Under the pieces are notes generated by a model. The model was not told where the DNA came from. It saw nothing but the letters and a program-made list of their open reading frames with translations, and searched no databases. The position numbers were made by a program, and so were the translations under genes. Positions 35,210-47,976 of a stretch of 64,000 bases of DNA are shown piece after piece. This DNA is from Neophaeotheca triangularis (taxonomy: Eukaryota), in contig BAAIJX010000018.1 in NCBI GenBank assembly GCA_054600435.1, positions 62,001-126,000 of the forward strand, in the 5' to 3' direction. The stretch's first letter is position 1. Each line of letters opens with the position of its first letter.

Positions 35210-38021
35210 ATGGCAGACTACGACAGACGCGACAACTATCGTGGAGGAGGAGGAGGGCGCGGCTACAATAAGCGCAAAAGGAACAGGGGTGAGTCGCGAT
35301 TTTCATGAGCTTCAAGGCTTCACTTTTCTTTGCACCATACTGACTGCTTTATGCATAGACGAGGATGACGAGGACGACCAAGGAGGCTACAGGGGTGGTG
35401 GGGGTGGCGGTTTTCGTAATCAGAGAAGGCGTCAGGACCCCCCACCTGGTACGCGCCTGCGACTAGGTCTACTCGAGATGGCCGAAGACGTGAGTACTCC
35501 GGTGATGTACAGACGAGCTCATTCACTGACACTGGTCCTCTAGCATGGCCGTCTCGCGCACGATGTCGCTCTCCATCTTGCGAAATTGGCGGCTCAGAAC
35601 TACGACGACTTTGTTAAGGAGACTTTTTACACGGTCACCCTGAAGCTGTAAGCAACTTCCTCACCGGATCGGTGATGATAGATGCTGACCAGAAACAGTG
35701 TTGTCGAGCAGCCCTTCAAGATCCCTTTCGTTGCGGCCACGGTACTCTACGCGAATGCGCAGAAAGAAGAGATAGGCCAACACGTGCTGGAGAACGCTAC
35801 ACCGAAGCTCCAAGAGTATCTCGCAAAGGGACAGTGGAGGGAGGTCAAGCTCATGCTCAGGTTCTTCGCATGCTGCAGTCCGTTGTTCAGCGAAGACGGG
35901 GTCATGCCGATACTCGACGAGCTGTTCAACCGCGCCGCCGATCTGCAAACCGAGTCCCCTGACGATGTGAGTGTTTCAGAATTTGTGATGACGAGAGTTT
36001 TGACTGACAGGAAAAAAGACTCTTGGTCCAGAGCTCATCAAAATCATCCTCCTCACTATACCTTACCTTGTTGCCGCCACCGAGGATGCGAGCTTGCAAG
36101 AGAAAGTGAGCGAGTTGCTTGCCAAAACGGAAATCATTGCGTCCAGCCCACAAGAACTGAATGCCCTCGTTCAACCCTACCCGAGCAACGGCGAAGACGA
36201 CTCCATGGCTTGTCCCAGTACGATCTCGCTTCTGCAATTTCAACTACAGGAAGAGGCGAAGAACGGATGGCCACTCTCTTGCATTCCTAGGCCGTACAAG
36301 CCAGAGCTGAACGCTCAGAACGGCGCTGACGGCGAGTTTGAAGTTGCTGAAGAGGCAAAGGTTCTGGTACGCCACGGCTTCCCTGTTGTCGAAGTACCGG
36401 TCACCGTCAGCCCTGGATCGCGTATCCCCTTCCCGGAGCTTTTCTTCTCTGTCTTTGCAGATCAGGAGATTGAGTCTGTCCCAACAACCTCGAACATCGC
36501 TTCATGCGTCATTCGAGATGCCATTCTTGACACGATGAACATTTTGGACTTCAACAGGAACGTCGCGGCGAAACTGATGAACGAGATCGATTGCTTTTGG
36601 GCACCAGATACCTTCATCAAGCGCGCGACACAGTTCGACAAGCTCAAGGACGTGCCAGAGGGCAAGTCAACCTGGAAGCCTGAAGACATAGTGGTTGACA
36701 GCATCTTCTCGCAAATTTTTCAGCTCCCAACGCCCGAGCACAGACTGGTGTATTACCATTCTCTGGTGACGGAGTCCTGCAGAATCTCTCCCGGAGCCAT
36801 TGCACCAAGCCTTGGTCGTGCCATTCGTTTCCTCTACCGCAATGTCGACCTCATGGATATGGAGCTGCGGTACAGATTCCAGGACTGGTTCGCTCACCAT
36901 CTCAGCAACTTCGAGTTTAGGTGGAAATGGACTGAGTGGTAATAAAAAGCATTTGTTTGACTATGTTGCCGCATCAGTACTAACGTTTTCCTAGGCTTCC
37001 CGAGGTCGACGAGCCGGACATTGCACCCAAAAAGGCCTTCATTATCGGTACGCTAGACAAAGAGATACGCCTCGGTTTTGCGAAACGTGTTCGGGATACT
37101 TTGCCCGAGCCATTCCATCCCTTGGTGCCAGAAGGCAAGGATCGCGAGATTCCACCCTTCAAATACAAGGACGACAAGACTCCGTACGCTGAAGAGGGTC
37201 GTGAAGTTCTTTCGTTGCTCAAGAAGAAAGCCCCCGATGAGGAGATCCAGACCATACTCGACCGCGTCCAAGAGCAAGCGGTAGAGCGAGGCGTAGAGGA
37301 CCCTTTGGTACCAATCGTCGACATCTACATGACGGCTATCCTCAGTACCGGTGCCAAGTCCTTATCGCATGTTCTGGCGACGGTCGATCGTTGCCGCGAT
37401 CGTCTGTTAGACACTGTGCGTCAGTCGGAAGCAGCACGTCGTCAAATCATCACAGCCGTCTTCGATTTCTGGGCTGACCATCCGGGCACTGCGGTCAACA
37501 TCGCCGACAAGCTGCTCAACTACACCATCGTCACTCCGATGAGCGTTATTGTGTGGGGTCTCCACGACCGCCTTGACCGTGGCAGGTCACTCGCATCGGG
37601 TCAGATCTACGAGCTCATCGCCACAACCATGCACAAGGTTACAACACGTGTGCGTCAAGTCAAGAACGAACGCGAGAACCTCAACATTCCCTACGAACAG
37701 CGCAAACAAGTCGACGAGGCTCTGCCGGCTGAACGGGAGGGCATGCGCGCTTTGTTCCAGTCCATCGAGGATTATGTTGCACCTGTCGCAAGTGGATCTC
37801 AAGATGAAATGGTGGAGCGTTTCGAGGGCAACGAGCAAGAGATGGCGTTGATCAAAGACTGGGGTGAGCGCTGGTTGAAGGTATGGAGGCGCAAAGCAGC
37901 TGTTGAGGAGGCTTTGGTCGGCGAGAGTGCCATCGGAGAGCTACTGGACCCCGTGGAGGAGATTCAGCAGGATGATGGTATTGATGCTGCCGTGCCTGTC
38001 GAGATGGACGTTGCAGCTTAG
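35210..38021 (+). CDS. STO1: Nuclear cap-binding complex large subunit (CBP80/NCBP1), multi-exon
   Basis: MADYDRR...GYNKRKR NLS; VVEQPFKIPFVA, GQWREVKLMLRF, LVYYHSLVTE, IAPSLGRAIR, DWFAHHLSNFEFRWKWTEW, KSLSHV (MIF4G-like). At least 5 GT-AG introns. Confidence 0.93.
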
Positions 38022-38824
38022 GAGGCTTTGGCTCGAACAGCCAGAACAACTCTGTGGTCGCGCGAGAGCTCCAGCGATGGCTATTTGCGTGATTTGTATC
38101 ATTAGGGTGCACTAAAAGAGCGATAATTGTGTATTAAACAGTGCACAGAGTGTAACCATGATTCGTCAAGCGTTGAAGAGTGTAACAGGGCCAAGTCGCC
38201 ACGATGCTACGGAGTAAAAGTAGTAGGACGCCCGGCTATTGATCGTCTCGGGCGACATGGAGGCCGGGCTATGTGGAGTTCCGTCACTTGCGATTCCGGT
38301 GCCAACACTCCGGCCGCACAGTGTCTAGATAGGTACCTACTACTACTGTCTAGTGCAACGACCGACCCGTCGGAGTCGCTCAAAGGCCGGTAAAGATACC
38401 TGAGGCCTCCGTATTATGCCAAAATGCCAATGTATTGTGCGAGGAAGAAAGAAGGCGGACAGATGGGGGTGAATACACTCACATTGTAGATACTTACTTA
38501 CCTATACTACTGTGGTATCATCACACCTCACTCCGTCCCCAATAATGTTAAAGTCATACTATGGCATGACGTAAAGTACCATGTGAAGGAAAATCGCCCC
38601 AGCACCCGTGGACGCATGGCGGCATGAGAGCTGAGCGCGGGCGTCCACCCCCACCAGGCGGCTTTCGTCTAAACACCCGACCGAAAGTTGTCTCTCAACG
38701 ACATTTCTGACACTCTACTACTACTCGAGTCCAATCCTCACCTCACCGCACTTCATCCCATCCAACACCTCTCCGACCCTTCACTTCGCCTCTACCGCCC
38801 TCACCACACCACTCCGCATTCACA

Positions 38825-40414
38825 ATGGCTGACACCGTCGTCCACCCCGACGTCGAGACCACCGCCGGCACCAAGGAGCTCAAGGACAACAGCGTCATCG
38901 TTGTTCTTGGTGCTTCCGGTGACCTCGCCAAAAAGAAGACCTTCCCTGCCCTCTTTGGCCTCTATCGCAATGGCTTCACCCCCAAGGACGTCAAGATTGT
39001 TGGCTACGCTCGCACCAAGATGGACCATGAAGAATACCTGAAGCGCGTCAAGTCGTACATTAAGACCCCTACAAAGGAGATGGAACAGCAGCTGGACGAG
39101 TTCTGCAAGTTGACTACCTACGTCAGCGGCCAGTACGACAAGGACGAGAGCTTCCAAGAGCTAGACAAGCATTTGTGCGAGATTGAGGGCGACCAGCAGG
39201 AGAACAACCGTGTCTTCTACATGGCTTTGCCCCCCTCCGTCTTCATCCCTGTCTCGGAGCACCTCAAGAAGAACTGCTACCCTAAGAATGGCATTGCCCG
39301 CATCATCATTGAGAAGCCCTTCGGCAAGGACTTGGCGTCCTCGCGTGAGCTCGACGGTGCACTGCAGCCCAACTGGAAGGAGGAGGAGATTTTCCGCATC
39401 GATCATTATCTCGGAAAGGAAATGGTCAAGAACATCCTCATCTTGAGGTTTGGCAATGAGTTCTTCGGCGCAACCTGGAACCGCAACCACATCGACAATG
39501 TGCAAATCACCTTCAAGGAGCCATTCGGCACAGAGGGCCGTGGCGGCTACTTTGACGAGTTCGGCATTATTCGCGACGTCATGCAGAACCACTTGCTCCA
39601 GGTTCTCACTTTGCTTGCCATGGAGCGTCCCATTTCATTCTCCGCGGAGGACATTCGTGACGAGAAGGTCAGAGTCCTGCGTGGCATGCCCGCCATTGAG
39701 CCCAAGAACGTCATCATCGGCCAGTATGAGCAGTCGCTGGACGGCAGCAAGCCCGGCTACAAGAACGACGACACTGTACCCAAAGAATCGCGATGCCCTA
39801 CTTTTGCAAGCATGGTTGCATACATCAAGAACGAGCGCTGGGACGGAGTGCCTTTCATCCTCAAGGCAGGCAAGGCACTCAACGAGCAGAAGACCGAGGT
39901 GCGCATCCAGTACAAGGACGTTACTAGCGGCATTTTCAAGGATATCCCTCGTAACGAGCTTGTGCTTCGCGTTCAGCCCAACGAGAGCGTGTACATCAAG
40001 ATGAACAGCAAGCTGCCGGGCTTGAGCATGCAGACCGTTGTCACAGAGCTCGACCTTACCTACAGGAGGAGATTCTCTGACTTGAAGATTCCCGAAGCCT
40101 ACGAGAGCCTGATTCTTGACGCGCTCAAGGGAGACCACTCGAACTTCGTGCGTGATGACGAGTTGGACGCCAGCTGGAGGATCTTCACGCCGCTCCTGCA
40201 CTACCTCGACGACAACAAGGAGATCATCCCCATGGGCTACCCCTACGGTGAGTACACTCTGTCGGATTACCCACACAAAGAACATTTGCTAACAAGCCTA
40301 GGATCTCGCGGCCCCGCTGTTCTCGACGACTTCACCGCTTCTTACGGCTACAAATTCTCGGACGCTGCAGGGTACCAATGGGGCCAAAACTCCAATGAGC
40401 CCAACAAGTTGTGA
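38825..40414 (+). CDS. ZWF1: Glucose-6-phosphate 1-dehydrogenase
   Basis: GASGDLAKKKTFPALF, EKPFG, RIDHYLGKE, GRGGYFD, DVMQNHLLQ. One in-frame intron, 40248-40301. Confidence 0.98.
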   Translation: MADTVVHPDVETTAGTKELKDNSVIVVLGASGDLAKKKTFPALFGLYRNGFTPKDVKIVGYARTKMDHEEYLKRVKSYIKTPTKEMEQQLDEFCKLTTYVSGQYDKDESFQELDKHLCEIEGDQQENNRVFYMALPPSVFIPVSEHLKKNCYPKNGIARIIIEKPFGKDLASSRELDGALQPNWKEEEIFRIDHYLGKEMVKNILILRFGNEFFGATWNRNHIDNVQITFKEPFGTEGRGGYFDEFGIIRDVMQNHLLQVLTLLAMERPISFSAEDIRDEKVRVLRGMPAIEPKNVIIGQYEQSLDGSKPGYKNDDTVPKESRCPTFASMVAYIKNERWDGVPFILKAGKALNEQKTEVRIQYKDVTSGIFKDIPRNELVLRVQPNESVYIKMNSKLPGLSMQTVVTELDLTYRRRFSDLKIPEAYESLILDALKGDHSNFVRDDELDASWRIFTPLLHYLDDNKEIIPMGYPYGEYTLSDYPHKEHLLTSLGSRGPAVLDDFTASYGYKFSDAAGYQWGQNSNEPNKL

Positions 40415-41082
40415 GAATAATCACAATGCTAACCTTACCTTTACTAAGCCCACCGTGGAGGCGCTCGAGTGCGTGGCCCTGAGCACCCCGGCAAGATCTT
40501 GAATGTCATTTGGTGGTTTTGATGATGTGACGAGATGAGCCGCAAAATCAAGCCGTGAAGCTTGATAATGATCACTGTCTGCGAGGCGTTGCAGCGCAAC
40601 TGAATTGAAGTGGTACACATCAGTATATAGACGAGAGAGAGAATTCCAAGTCAATTTTTACGATGAGGGTCATGGTCGAGTAAGGTACCAGTAGAGAAAT
40701 GCATTCTGTAACAAACTTTGCTTCGTGCAACGGACGGAGGGCATTGGTCTTGGCTGGCCGTGACGATCAAAGCCCGAGCTTGCTGCACCCGCACTCGACT
40801 ACCTCCCAACCTCCGTACCTTACCTTCTTACCTACACTTGACCAACTGTGTCACGTCACCTTTGTTGGTCTACCTGTAACAAGGCTCGTCGGAATCGATT
40901 CGTCGTTACTTTGATACAGCAACTACTCTTTCGACTACGACGAGCTCAATTCCAGGGCTGCTCTCGTAATCATCATCAACGCCATTGAGATCGTCACCTT
41001 GAACGACTGCTCCGATGTAGCCTAGGTGGACTTGAGACCTTACTCGACCACGCCTCTACTTATACGCTCCGCAACGACCGCC

Positions 41083-42956
41083 ATGGCCGTCACCCAAGGT
41101 CCTGTCTGGGCGGGACGCGCGCACATCCGCGGCAGCACCGAGTCGATGCGCATGTTGCTGCTCACCATCTCCCTGATCGGCTTGCAGTTTGCCTGGGGTA
41201 CAGAGATGACCTACGCGACACCGTATCTGCTATCGCTCGGGCTTTCAAAATCAAAATTGTCGCTGGTGTGGGTTGCGGGCCCTTTGAGCGGGCTCATCAT
41301 GCAGCCGGTCATTGGCATTCTCGCGGATAAGAGCACGAGCAAATGGGGCAGGAGGAGGCCGTTCATGGTCTGGGGCATGGCGCTGGTTAGCTGCTTGCTT
41401 CTTGTGCTCGGGTGGGCTGGGGAGATAGTTTCATGGTTGGGTATAGGTGCAGGCGACGAAGAGATGGTAGGTGTTGCGCATACTGTACTGCTCGCAGGGC
41501 GGATTGCTGATGTTGAGTACGCAGAGGAGAGAAGCGACTATCGTCCTGGCGGTCGTAGATATATATGTACTAGACTTTGCCATCAACGTCAGTACGTTTG
41601 TTGATACCCTTCCTACCACTCCTGTGCCTCTTGAGACGCCTGCTGATGCCTATTGTCAGTACAATCCACCTCGAGGAGTCTTATCGTCGATACTCTGCCA
41701 GCTTCCAAACAACAGCTCGGAAACGCTTGGGGTAGGTCTACGGGTCAAAAGAAGCCTTCGAACACACCCTTTGGCTGACTGTACCATAGCAAGCAGGTTG
41801 ACAGGAATCGGGCACCTCATGATCTATGGGATAGGCTCGCTAGATCTCGAGGCCTGGTTGGGGGACTGGCTGGGCGACACACAATTCAAAAAGGTCATCA
41901 TGATCGCTACCATTGCGTTGTTGACAAGTACATCAATCACCTGCTGGGCAGTGGAAGAGCGCGTGCTGGTCTCTAATGGGTGCGTCGGACGCGTCTACGA
42001 TATGTTATTGTGCTGGCTGACACATCATCAGTTCGGAGTCGGGCGGCGACGACGCCTCACTGCTCTCGCTTGCTGCTCAGCTCTATCGTACCACGCGGGA
42101 TATTCCTTCCAACATCGCAGCTATATGTCATGTGGTCTTCTGGTCGTGGATCGGCTGGTTTCCCTTCCTCTTCTACGGCAGCACCTGGGTCGGCGAGATA
42201 TACCTGCGCTACGAAGCACCCAAGACACCATCAGGGGCTCCACACGGCGACGTTCTCTCAGAGGTCGGCCGCATTGGTAGCAAGGCTTTGATCGTCTTTA
42301 GCCTCGTCAGTTTCAGCGCCTCGCTCGTCTTGCCATGGTTTGTCCAAAGCCCAGACGACGAGGAGAAGCCAGGCTTCACACCTCGACCGCCGAGGAGCCT
42401 CGAAGGAGTACTCAAAGGATCGCCTCTGACCGGAAAACCAAGTCTATTGAATACCTGGACGTTTGCCAATCTGATGTTCGCCATGAGTATGATCTTTGCG
42501 CCCTTTGTAAAGTCAGTGCACTTTGCTACGCTCCTGATCGCCCTCTGTGGCATCCCTTGGTGTATCACTTCATGGGCGCCGTTCGCATTGCTGGGCGTCG
42601 AAATTAGCAAGCTCGGCAATTCACTCCCCACGGCTCGGAAGCGAACCAGCTCTACGACAGAGGTTGATGGTGAGAAGCCTTCATCTGGATCTACTGGCGA
42701 GCTCGCTGGTGTCTACCTGGGCATACTCAACTTATACACCACGTTGCCGCAGTTCGTGGGCACGGGCATCAGCACGATAGTTTTCAGCATATTGGAGCCT
42801 GGGAAAAGCAAAGAGCTGGCTGGCGATGATGGTGGTGGCGGTGGTGAGGTTCAAGTCAACGACGGTTACAGTGGGATTGGTGTTTGTCTGTTCATCGGTG
42901 CTATTTGCGCTTTTGGCGCTGCTTGGTCAACGACAAAGGTCAAGGGAGCAACGTAG
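41083..42956 (+). CDS. Sucrose/general alpha-glucoside:H+ symporter (SUT/SLC45-like GPH family), 5 exons
   Basis: GLQFAWGTEMTYATPYLLSLG, VWVAGPLSGLIMQPVIG, WGRRRPF, WIGWFPFLFYGSTWVGE, AGVYLGILN..TTLPQF. Introns ~41467-41524, 41592-41659, 41732-41789, 41980-42031. Confidence 0.9.
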
Positions 42957-44061
42957 TCCAGGTGGGGGAAGGGGTAATAGTAGTATCCATAGCACAGGGT
43001 GGCATTGCGCACCTAAAGGATCAACTGTGAACATTTGTCTGTCCGGGGCGGCGCCAGCTGATGGATGCTATGCTGGTATTTGAATGCCGACAGTCTGTAA
43101 ACCATCGCGATGAGGACAAGGCAGGCTTTGAACAATCGTCTAGAGCAGTCTCAGGCAGGCGTTGAGCCACGACCTCGAATGCCCATCCGACGTGAAAAGG
43201 CCTCGTACTTTAAACGAAGAGTCTGGCCTGGGCTTCGCCCTAACCTTCGATTCGAAGGTTTGACTTTGGTCACGCTACTCCAAACGTCAGCCGAACACGC
43301 GGGAGAATGGTCGAAGTTTGATGACGGTCTTGGATTTTGATGAACATGGATGTCTATAATTGCCCATAGGAGAGTGGGTGCCTCGCAAACGGGAGAAGAT
43401 GTCTCCTACCCTTACAAAATAAAAAGGCACGGGATTACCTCCAACTACGATAGCGAGACTGAAATATCCTCTAGAGACATTTTAAAGTGCTAAATGCTAC
43501 TGGCATTTACATAACTATTTATTATGGTCTATAGGTACATAGAAACATATCCATTATTGTCCGACATCAGGCACACCCGGCAATGGCTGCAATGATCGAT
43601 GCCGTCTACCCCATCTAACTTCTGATTGGCCATGGGCCGGCAAGATGAATGCTAATGGCTACGGGGTCGGTACCTGCAGGTCGCTTGATTTGGGATTGCG
43701 CAGAGAGGCCTGGGAAGCTTGGCCGGAGCAGCATGAAGAGATGGTAGTCAATGCCATGACCCATCCCATCCAGCAGCTTCGTCGGTGCCGTACTCCAAGT
43801 ATAAAAGGTACCTACCTACCTAACCTGCCATACCATCTGGCTGGCGACAAACACAAAACAACATTTGACTGACCTGACCCGACCCGGATTAGGGCCGACT
43901 CATCAGCGGTTGGTCTTGAAAGAGGCCGCCGACAGAGGACGACGGGATGACAGCAGTAGCAACAAGTGCTCGCAACTTGCAAGCAGTCGAGTACGTACCG
44001 TACCGTAGGTCCGCTAGGTACTAGCAGTAGCTGGAAGCGGGCGCCAGGATTCAGGAAGCAC

Positions 44062-44092
44062 GAGACGAGGCGAGACGAGACGAGACGAGAGA
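44062..44092. repeat. (GAGAC)n pentanucleotide microsatellite
   Basis: gagacgaggcgagacgagacgagacgagagag. Confidence 0.7.
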
Positions 44093-45299
44093 GAATTGTC
44101 AACATGCAACACATGTTCAGGTCTTCTTTCAAAGGTCAAATGACTGCTCCACTCTTTTTGCTAGCGCACATGATTAGTGCCACAGCCATTGACCTTGATT
44201 ATCGAGAATGACATTATTCTTCTTCTTCTTGATGTGAGATGAGGCGAGGGTAGCTTCATAGAGCTGCAGCAGAAGAGGCTGCAGTTCACATATTCGCTAC
44301 ACACACCGTAGTATGCATCGGTAGGTGTGTATGGCATTTTCAAGACGAGGTACATGGTAAAGTACAGTAGGTAAGTATGATGAACAGGCGGCGGCCAGGG
44401 CGGCAGCTTGTGCTTTTATGCCAACAGCAGCCACTGCCGCAGTTTACTAGTACTAGCCAGCTCTTGGTAACAACCTATTCACCACCATTCATGCTGCTTA
44501 GAACGAGACCATGGAAGCTGTTGTGAATATAATAATATAGAAAACAAATATGTATACATATATATACACGTATGGATCGAGTATGATGGTACGCATTTCG
44601 TGAGTCGTGATGCTGTTTCGTCTTGACGCTGCCTCAACGTTAATAATTAGTACCTTATTATTATTACCTAGGTACTATGTAGGTAATAGCCCAGGTTGCT
44701 GTCGGGTTATGAGGTAACGGTAAGGTACTAACGTTAGGTAGTAATGATAAGTAACCTCCACTACTGAGTTAGGTGACTTAGGTACTACTACTACCGGGTC
44801 TTGCAGCAACGTGGACGGTGGAAGGGAGTCGTCGAATGGAAATGCGACTGCCAAGCCACCCTCTTTCCCTCTTCCCTCTTTCCCTCTCCCGACGATCTTT
44901 ACTACTCTCCCGCCAGCCGCAGTCGCTTTGCTTCCAACTAGAGCCAGCCCGCCCAACCCACCCACCCCCAGCACTTCACCTGGCAGCCCCTCCATTTGCG
45001 CCATCATACTACTACTGTACCTACTGTACCTCTTACCTACCTTGCCTGCCTACCTACTACCACCACTACTCCACCCAACCCCCTCCATCCCATTATCATC
45101 TGTCAGCCTCTTTCAAAGCAGCTTCATTCACATACTTGCTTACTCTCACACCTCGTCGTCCGTCGCTGCCCGCCCTCGGACCACCACGACATCGACAACT
45201 TCCATCGACGCGCTTGAGCGAGTGACTGAGCAAAGCGCGCACGGAGCACCCTCCACCTCCTCGTGACCACTCGTCCAAAACCTCATCACGAGCTTTCTT

Positions 45300-45347
45300 T
45301 CCTCCCCCTCCCCCCCCCCCCCCCCCCACCCACCCCCCTCCCCCCCT
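45300..45347. repeat. Poly-C tract upstream of GSK3
   Basis: Near-pure C run including ~18 consecutive C. Confidence 0.9.
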
Positions 45348-45553
45348 CGCCGTCTCCGCTTCCGGCCATTGCTTCCCACCTCTGCGCGCCATAGGGACCC
45401 ATTCACCTCTTCATCCCTCACCCCGATTCCCAATCCACGACGGCGAACCTTGCGACATCGTGCCCTGCGCACTCATTGCCCACGCTTGACCCACTGCCGC
45501 ACAGTAGCAGCTTCTAGTTTGCCAAGCGCGCGACACCGACAACAGCAGCCAAC

Positions 45554-47082
45554 ATGTCACAGAACCGGCCGTCCGCCTTCTCTAACCTTCGAATGGGTGG
45601 TACGAACTCTGGCCACCCCGCTAATGCGACTCTGACTGACAGTGCCACTGCAGAGGTGATCCGCGAAAAGGTGCAAGATGGTCTGACGGGAGAAACAAAA
45701 GAGATGCAATACACCCAGTGCAAGATTGTAGGCAATGGCTCCTTCGGTGTCGTTTTCCAGACAAAGCTCTCCCCATCCGGCGAGGATGCCGCCATCAAGC
45801 GCGTGCTTCAGGACAAGCGTTTCAAGGTGAGCCCCCAATGCCGGTGCTGCCTTCTTTTGAAATGGAGGCTAATGCTGTGCAGAACCGCGAGCTGCAGATT
45901 ATGCGCATCGTCCGCCATCCGAACATTGTGGAGCTGAAGGCATTCTACTACTCCAATGGAGACAGGGTTCGCGAGACTGATAACCTTATGGGTGTTACTA
46001 CAGCACTGATCGCGGCACAGAAGGATGAAGTCTACCTCAACCTGGTCCTCGAGTTCGTGCCAGAGACCGTTTACCGCGCAAGCCGTCACTTCAATAAGCT
46101 GAAGACGACCATGCCGATACTCGAGATCAAACTCTACATCTACCAGCTTTTCCGCTCTCTGGCATACATCCACTCCCAGGGCATCTGCCACCGCGATATC
46201 AAGCCGCAGAACTTGCTCCTCGACCCGCAGTCCGGCATTCTCAAGCTCTGCGATTTTGGCAGCGCGAAGATACTGGTGGAGAACGAGCCGAACGTGTCCT
46301 ACATCTGTTCTAGGTACTACCGTGCCCCCGAGCTCATCTTTGGAGCCACCAATTACACCACCAAGATCGGTATGTGCGCAAGGCTCATTTTGCTTGTTTC
46401 GCTCGCGCTAACCCGTCCGTTCTTATAGATGTTTGGTCCACGGGCTGTGTGATGGCTGAGCTAATGCTCGGACAGCCTCTATTCCCTGGAGAATCTGGTA
46501 TTGACCAGCTCGTCGAAATCATCAAGGTGCTCGGGACGCCCACCCGCGACCAGATCCGCACCATGAACCCCAACTACATGGAGCACAAATTCCCTCAGAT
46601 CAAGCCTCACCCATTCTCCAAAGTATGTTTATTATATCCCCGCATGCACTTCCCCGGCGGCATGGTCAATCTAACAGTATGGAAGGTCTTTAGAAAAGCC
46701 GACGCCAACGCGATCGACCTCATCGCCAGGCTTTTGGAGTACACTCCGACCCAGCGCCTCTCTGCCATTGACGCCATGGTACACCCGTTTTTCGATGAGC
46801 TGAGGGATCCCAACACCAAGCTGCTCGACTCTCGTCACGCAAACGGCGGCAGCAGGGAACTGCCAAACCTCTTTGATTTCACTCATCACGGTAAGCTTTC
46901 TGACTACGTTCCTCGCCAATGCAGCAGCCATCTGACCAAGGTGCACAGAACTCTCCATTGCTCCTCAACTCAACCACCAGCTTGTCCCTGCCCACATGAA
47001 GCCCGTTCTCGCGTCGAAAGGCCTCGACATTGACAACCTGGTCCCACTTACCAAGGATCAAATGATTGCTCGCCTTGACTGA
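45554..47082 (+). CDS. GSK3: Glycogen synthase kinase-3 family Ser/Thr kinase, 7 exons
   Basis: [57 protein letters not shown]. Introns 45600-45653, 45827-45882, 45967-46020, 46370-46428, 46623-46685, 46891-46948. Confidence 0.97.
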
Positions 47083-47976
47083 GACTGAGGGGACCTGCTT
47101 GATGGTAGCATCGACTATCACTAACAAGGGGATCCATCGGAACGTCTTCGCAGCCAGGGACGAGCGACAAGCAACAAGTCCTACATTATGAGATCACGCA
47201 GCGATGCATAACTTTATTCAACAACCCATTGGTGTTTTCTCTGCGCGGCGGGCCCGGCGTTTGAGGTGAACAAAGGGTGTGAGCGATTAGGGCAGAATAC
47301 ACCTCAAAATGATTCCTGCAACGGCGGTAGCTCAGATGCGGGTCGGACAACGGTTCATACCCCTTTCTTTTGCGAAAAAAATGCGACGGAATGGCGAGAT
47401 TGCACGTCGGACCCCGTCAATGTAGAAGTTCAAACCCGTCGAGAAGTTGGCTTGATGCATCTGGGTGCAGAGGGCTGCACTTTGAGCAGGCTGGCTTCGG
47501 TCTATCCATAAGGGTTTCAAGGGCGTTCCTATTTGCTGTTCAAGACTCTATAAAAAGGATGGATGGCTTGCTGGCTGGCTCTGGCGGAAATTCTTGCGGT
47601 CCGGTGCTGAATACCCGCCGCGAAATCTCGTTGAATAGCTGTGCTTTCTCAATGTTGAATGCATAGCCTTTTGCATCTTTCTCGTTTACTCTCCATCTTG
47701 TTTGGGTTTGGTTTAGTGAAGGCAGAGTAGGATAAATCGAAGCAGGTGTCGCGTTTTTTCTCCTATAAGCCTGTGATCACGTGATGCGTTCAGCCGCTTG
47801 AGCCTCAGACTCCGCACCAGGCCAAGCGGACCTCACCTCACTCCGCAGCCAACCTAACCCAAACATACCGGCCGACCCACGCTCAGTCTACATCCATAGC
47901 CTTGCCCCAAGGCGGCCTCGTCTCTCTCCAGTCTACCACAGCAACCGAAAATACCGGGGTTACTTCGAGCGGCACA

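Noticed and set aside
44811..45472. Overlapping P/G-rich ORFs upstream of GSK3
   Set aside because: Low-complexity C-rich UTR/promoter sequence that lacks stops by composition.
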